Shown: positions 63,690 through 64,000 of the stretch, piece by piece | Numbering within the stretch: position 1 is the first letter of the stretch | How the letters are laid out: every line of letters starts with the position of its first letter | Assembly (NCBI RefSeq): GCF_009914755.1 | Contig: NC_060935.1 | Length of the DNA: 64,000 nucleotides | Direction: 5' to 3' (one strand) | Source of the DNA: the human T2T-CHM13v2.0 reference genome, Homo sapiens | Notes under the pieces: generated by a model | The model's database searches: none | What the model saw: the letters and a program-made list of their open reading frames with translations, nothing else | Told to the model about the DNA's origin: nothing | Position numbers and translations under genes: made by a program

Positions 63690-64000
63690 AAGTACTCTGA
63701 TATAACATATTAAGACACTGTTAGTGAGGCTGTGGTAAAAACAGATATTCTTCTACGTCACTAGCAAGAATGGGAATGGTACAACCCTTATGAGGGAAAA
63801 GTGGTAATATTTAACAAGATAGTATATAGCAATCCACTTCTGCAATGTAGAAAAAATACAAAAGATATAAGCACAAAGTTTTTTCACTGCAGGATCATTT
63901 ATAACCAGAGATTGGAAACAACATAATAATTCATCAGTAAGGAACTGGCCGAATAAACCATGGCATACGTAAGCAATGAATTTACAGGAAACTGTAGAAA
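63690..64000 (+). mobile_element. Ancient L1M (L1ME-like) ORF2 3' fragment
   Basis: tgttagtgaggctgtgg...aatggtacaacc...attggaaacaac..aa..tcatcagta motifs. Confidence 0.55.

Overview
This is eukaryotic, AT-rich, repeat-dense DNA that is almost certainly human, since it carries an AluYb8 and an L1PA2. It spans the middle of the ARHGAP20 gene (Rho GTPase-activating protein 20, also called RA-RhoGAP) on the minus strand. Seven consecutive GT-AG coding exons (32811-32647, 26330-26181, 17842-17801, 16893-16809, 13632-13555, 11296-11230, 8995-8807) splice in frame and encode the PH and Ras-association (RA) domains. The start codon and the RhoGAP exons lie outside the window. The introns hold a solo MER52-family LTR, a near-complete Cheshire hAT transposon, a 1.1-kb 17-bp minisatellite, about 13 Alus or Alu monomers, many L1 fragments (two with 5' inversions), and older MER/Tigger/MLT/L2/MIR copies. 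Most notable unexplained signals: (1) the last RA exon's reading frame continues about 150 codons into the intron with one stop, a good in-frame cryptic acceptor and a downstream AATAAA, making a candidate GAP-less terminal exon; (2) a long near-perfect intronic hairpin at 12532-12701; (3) a GATA-motif minisatellite with a 230-bp higher-order duplication; (4) several templated-insertion or fold-back repair scars. Repeat subfamily names come from recalled consensus sequences, not from a RepeatMasker run.
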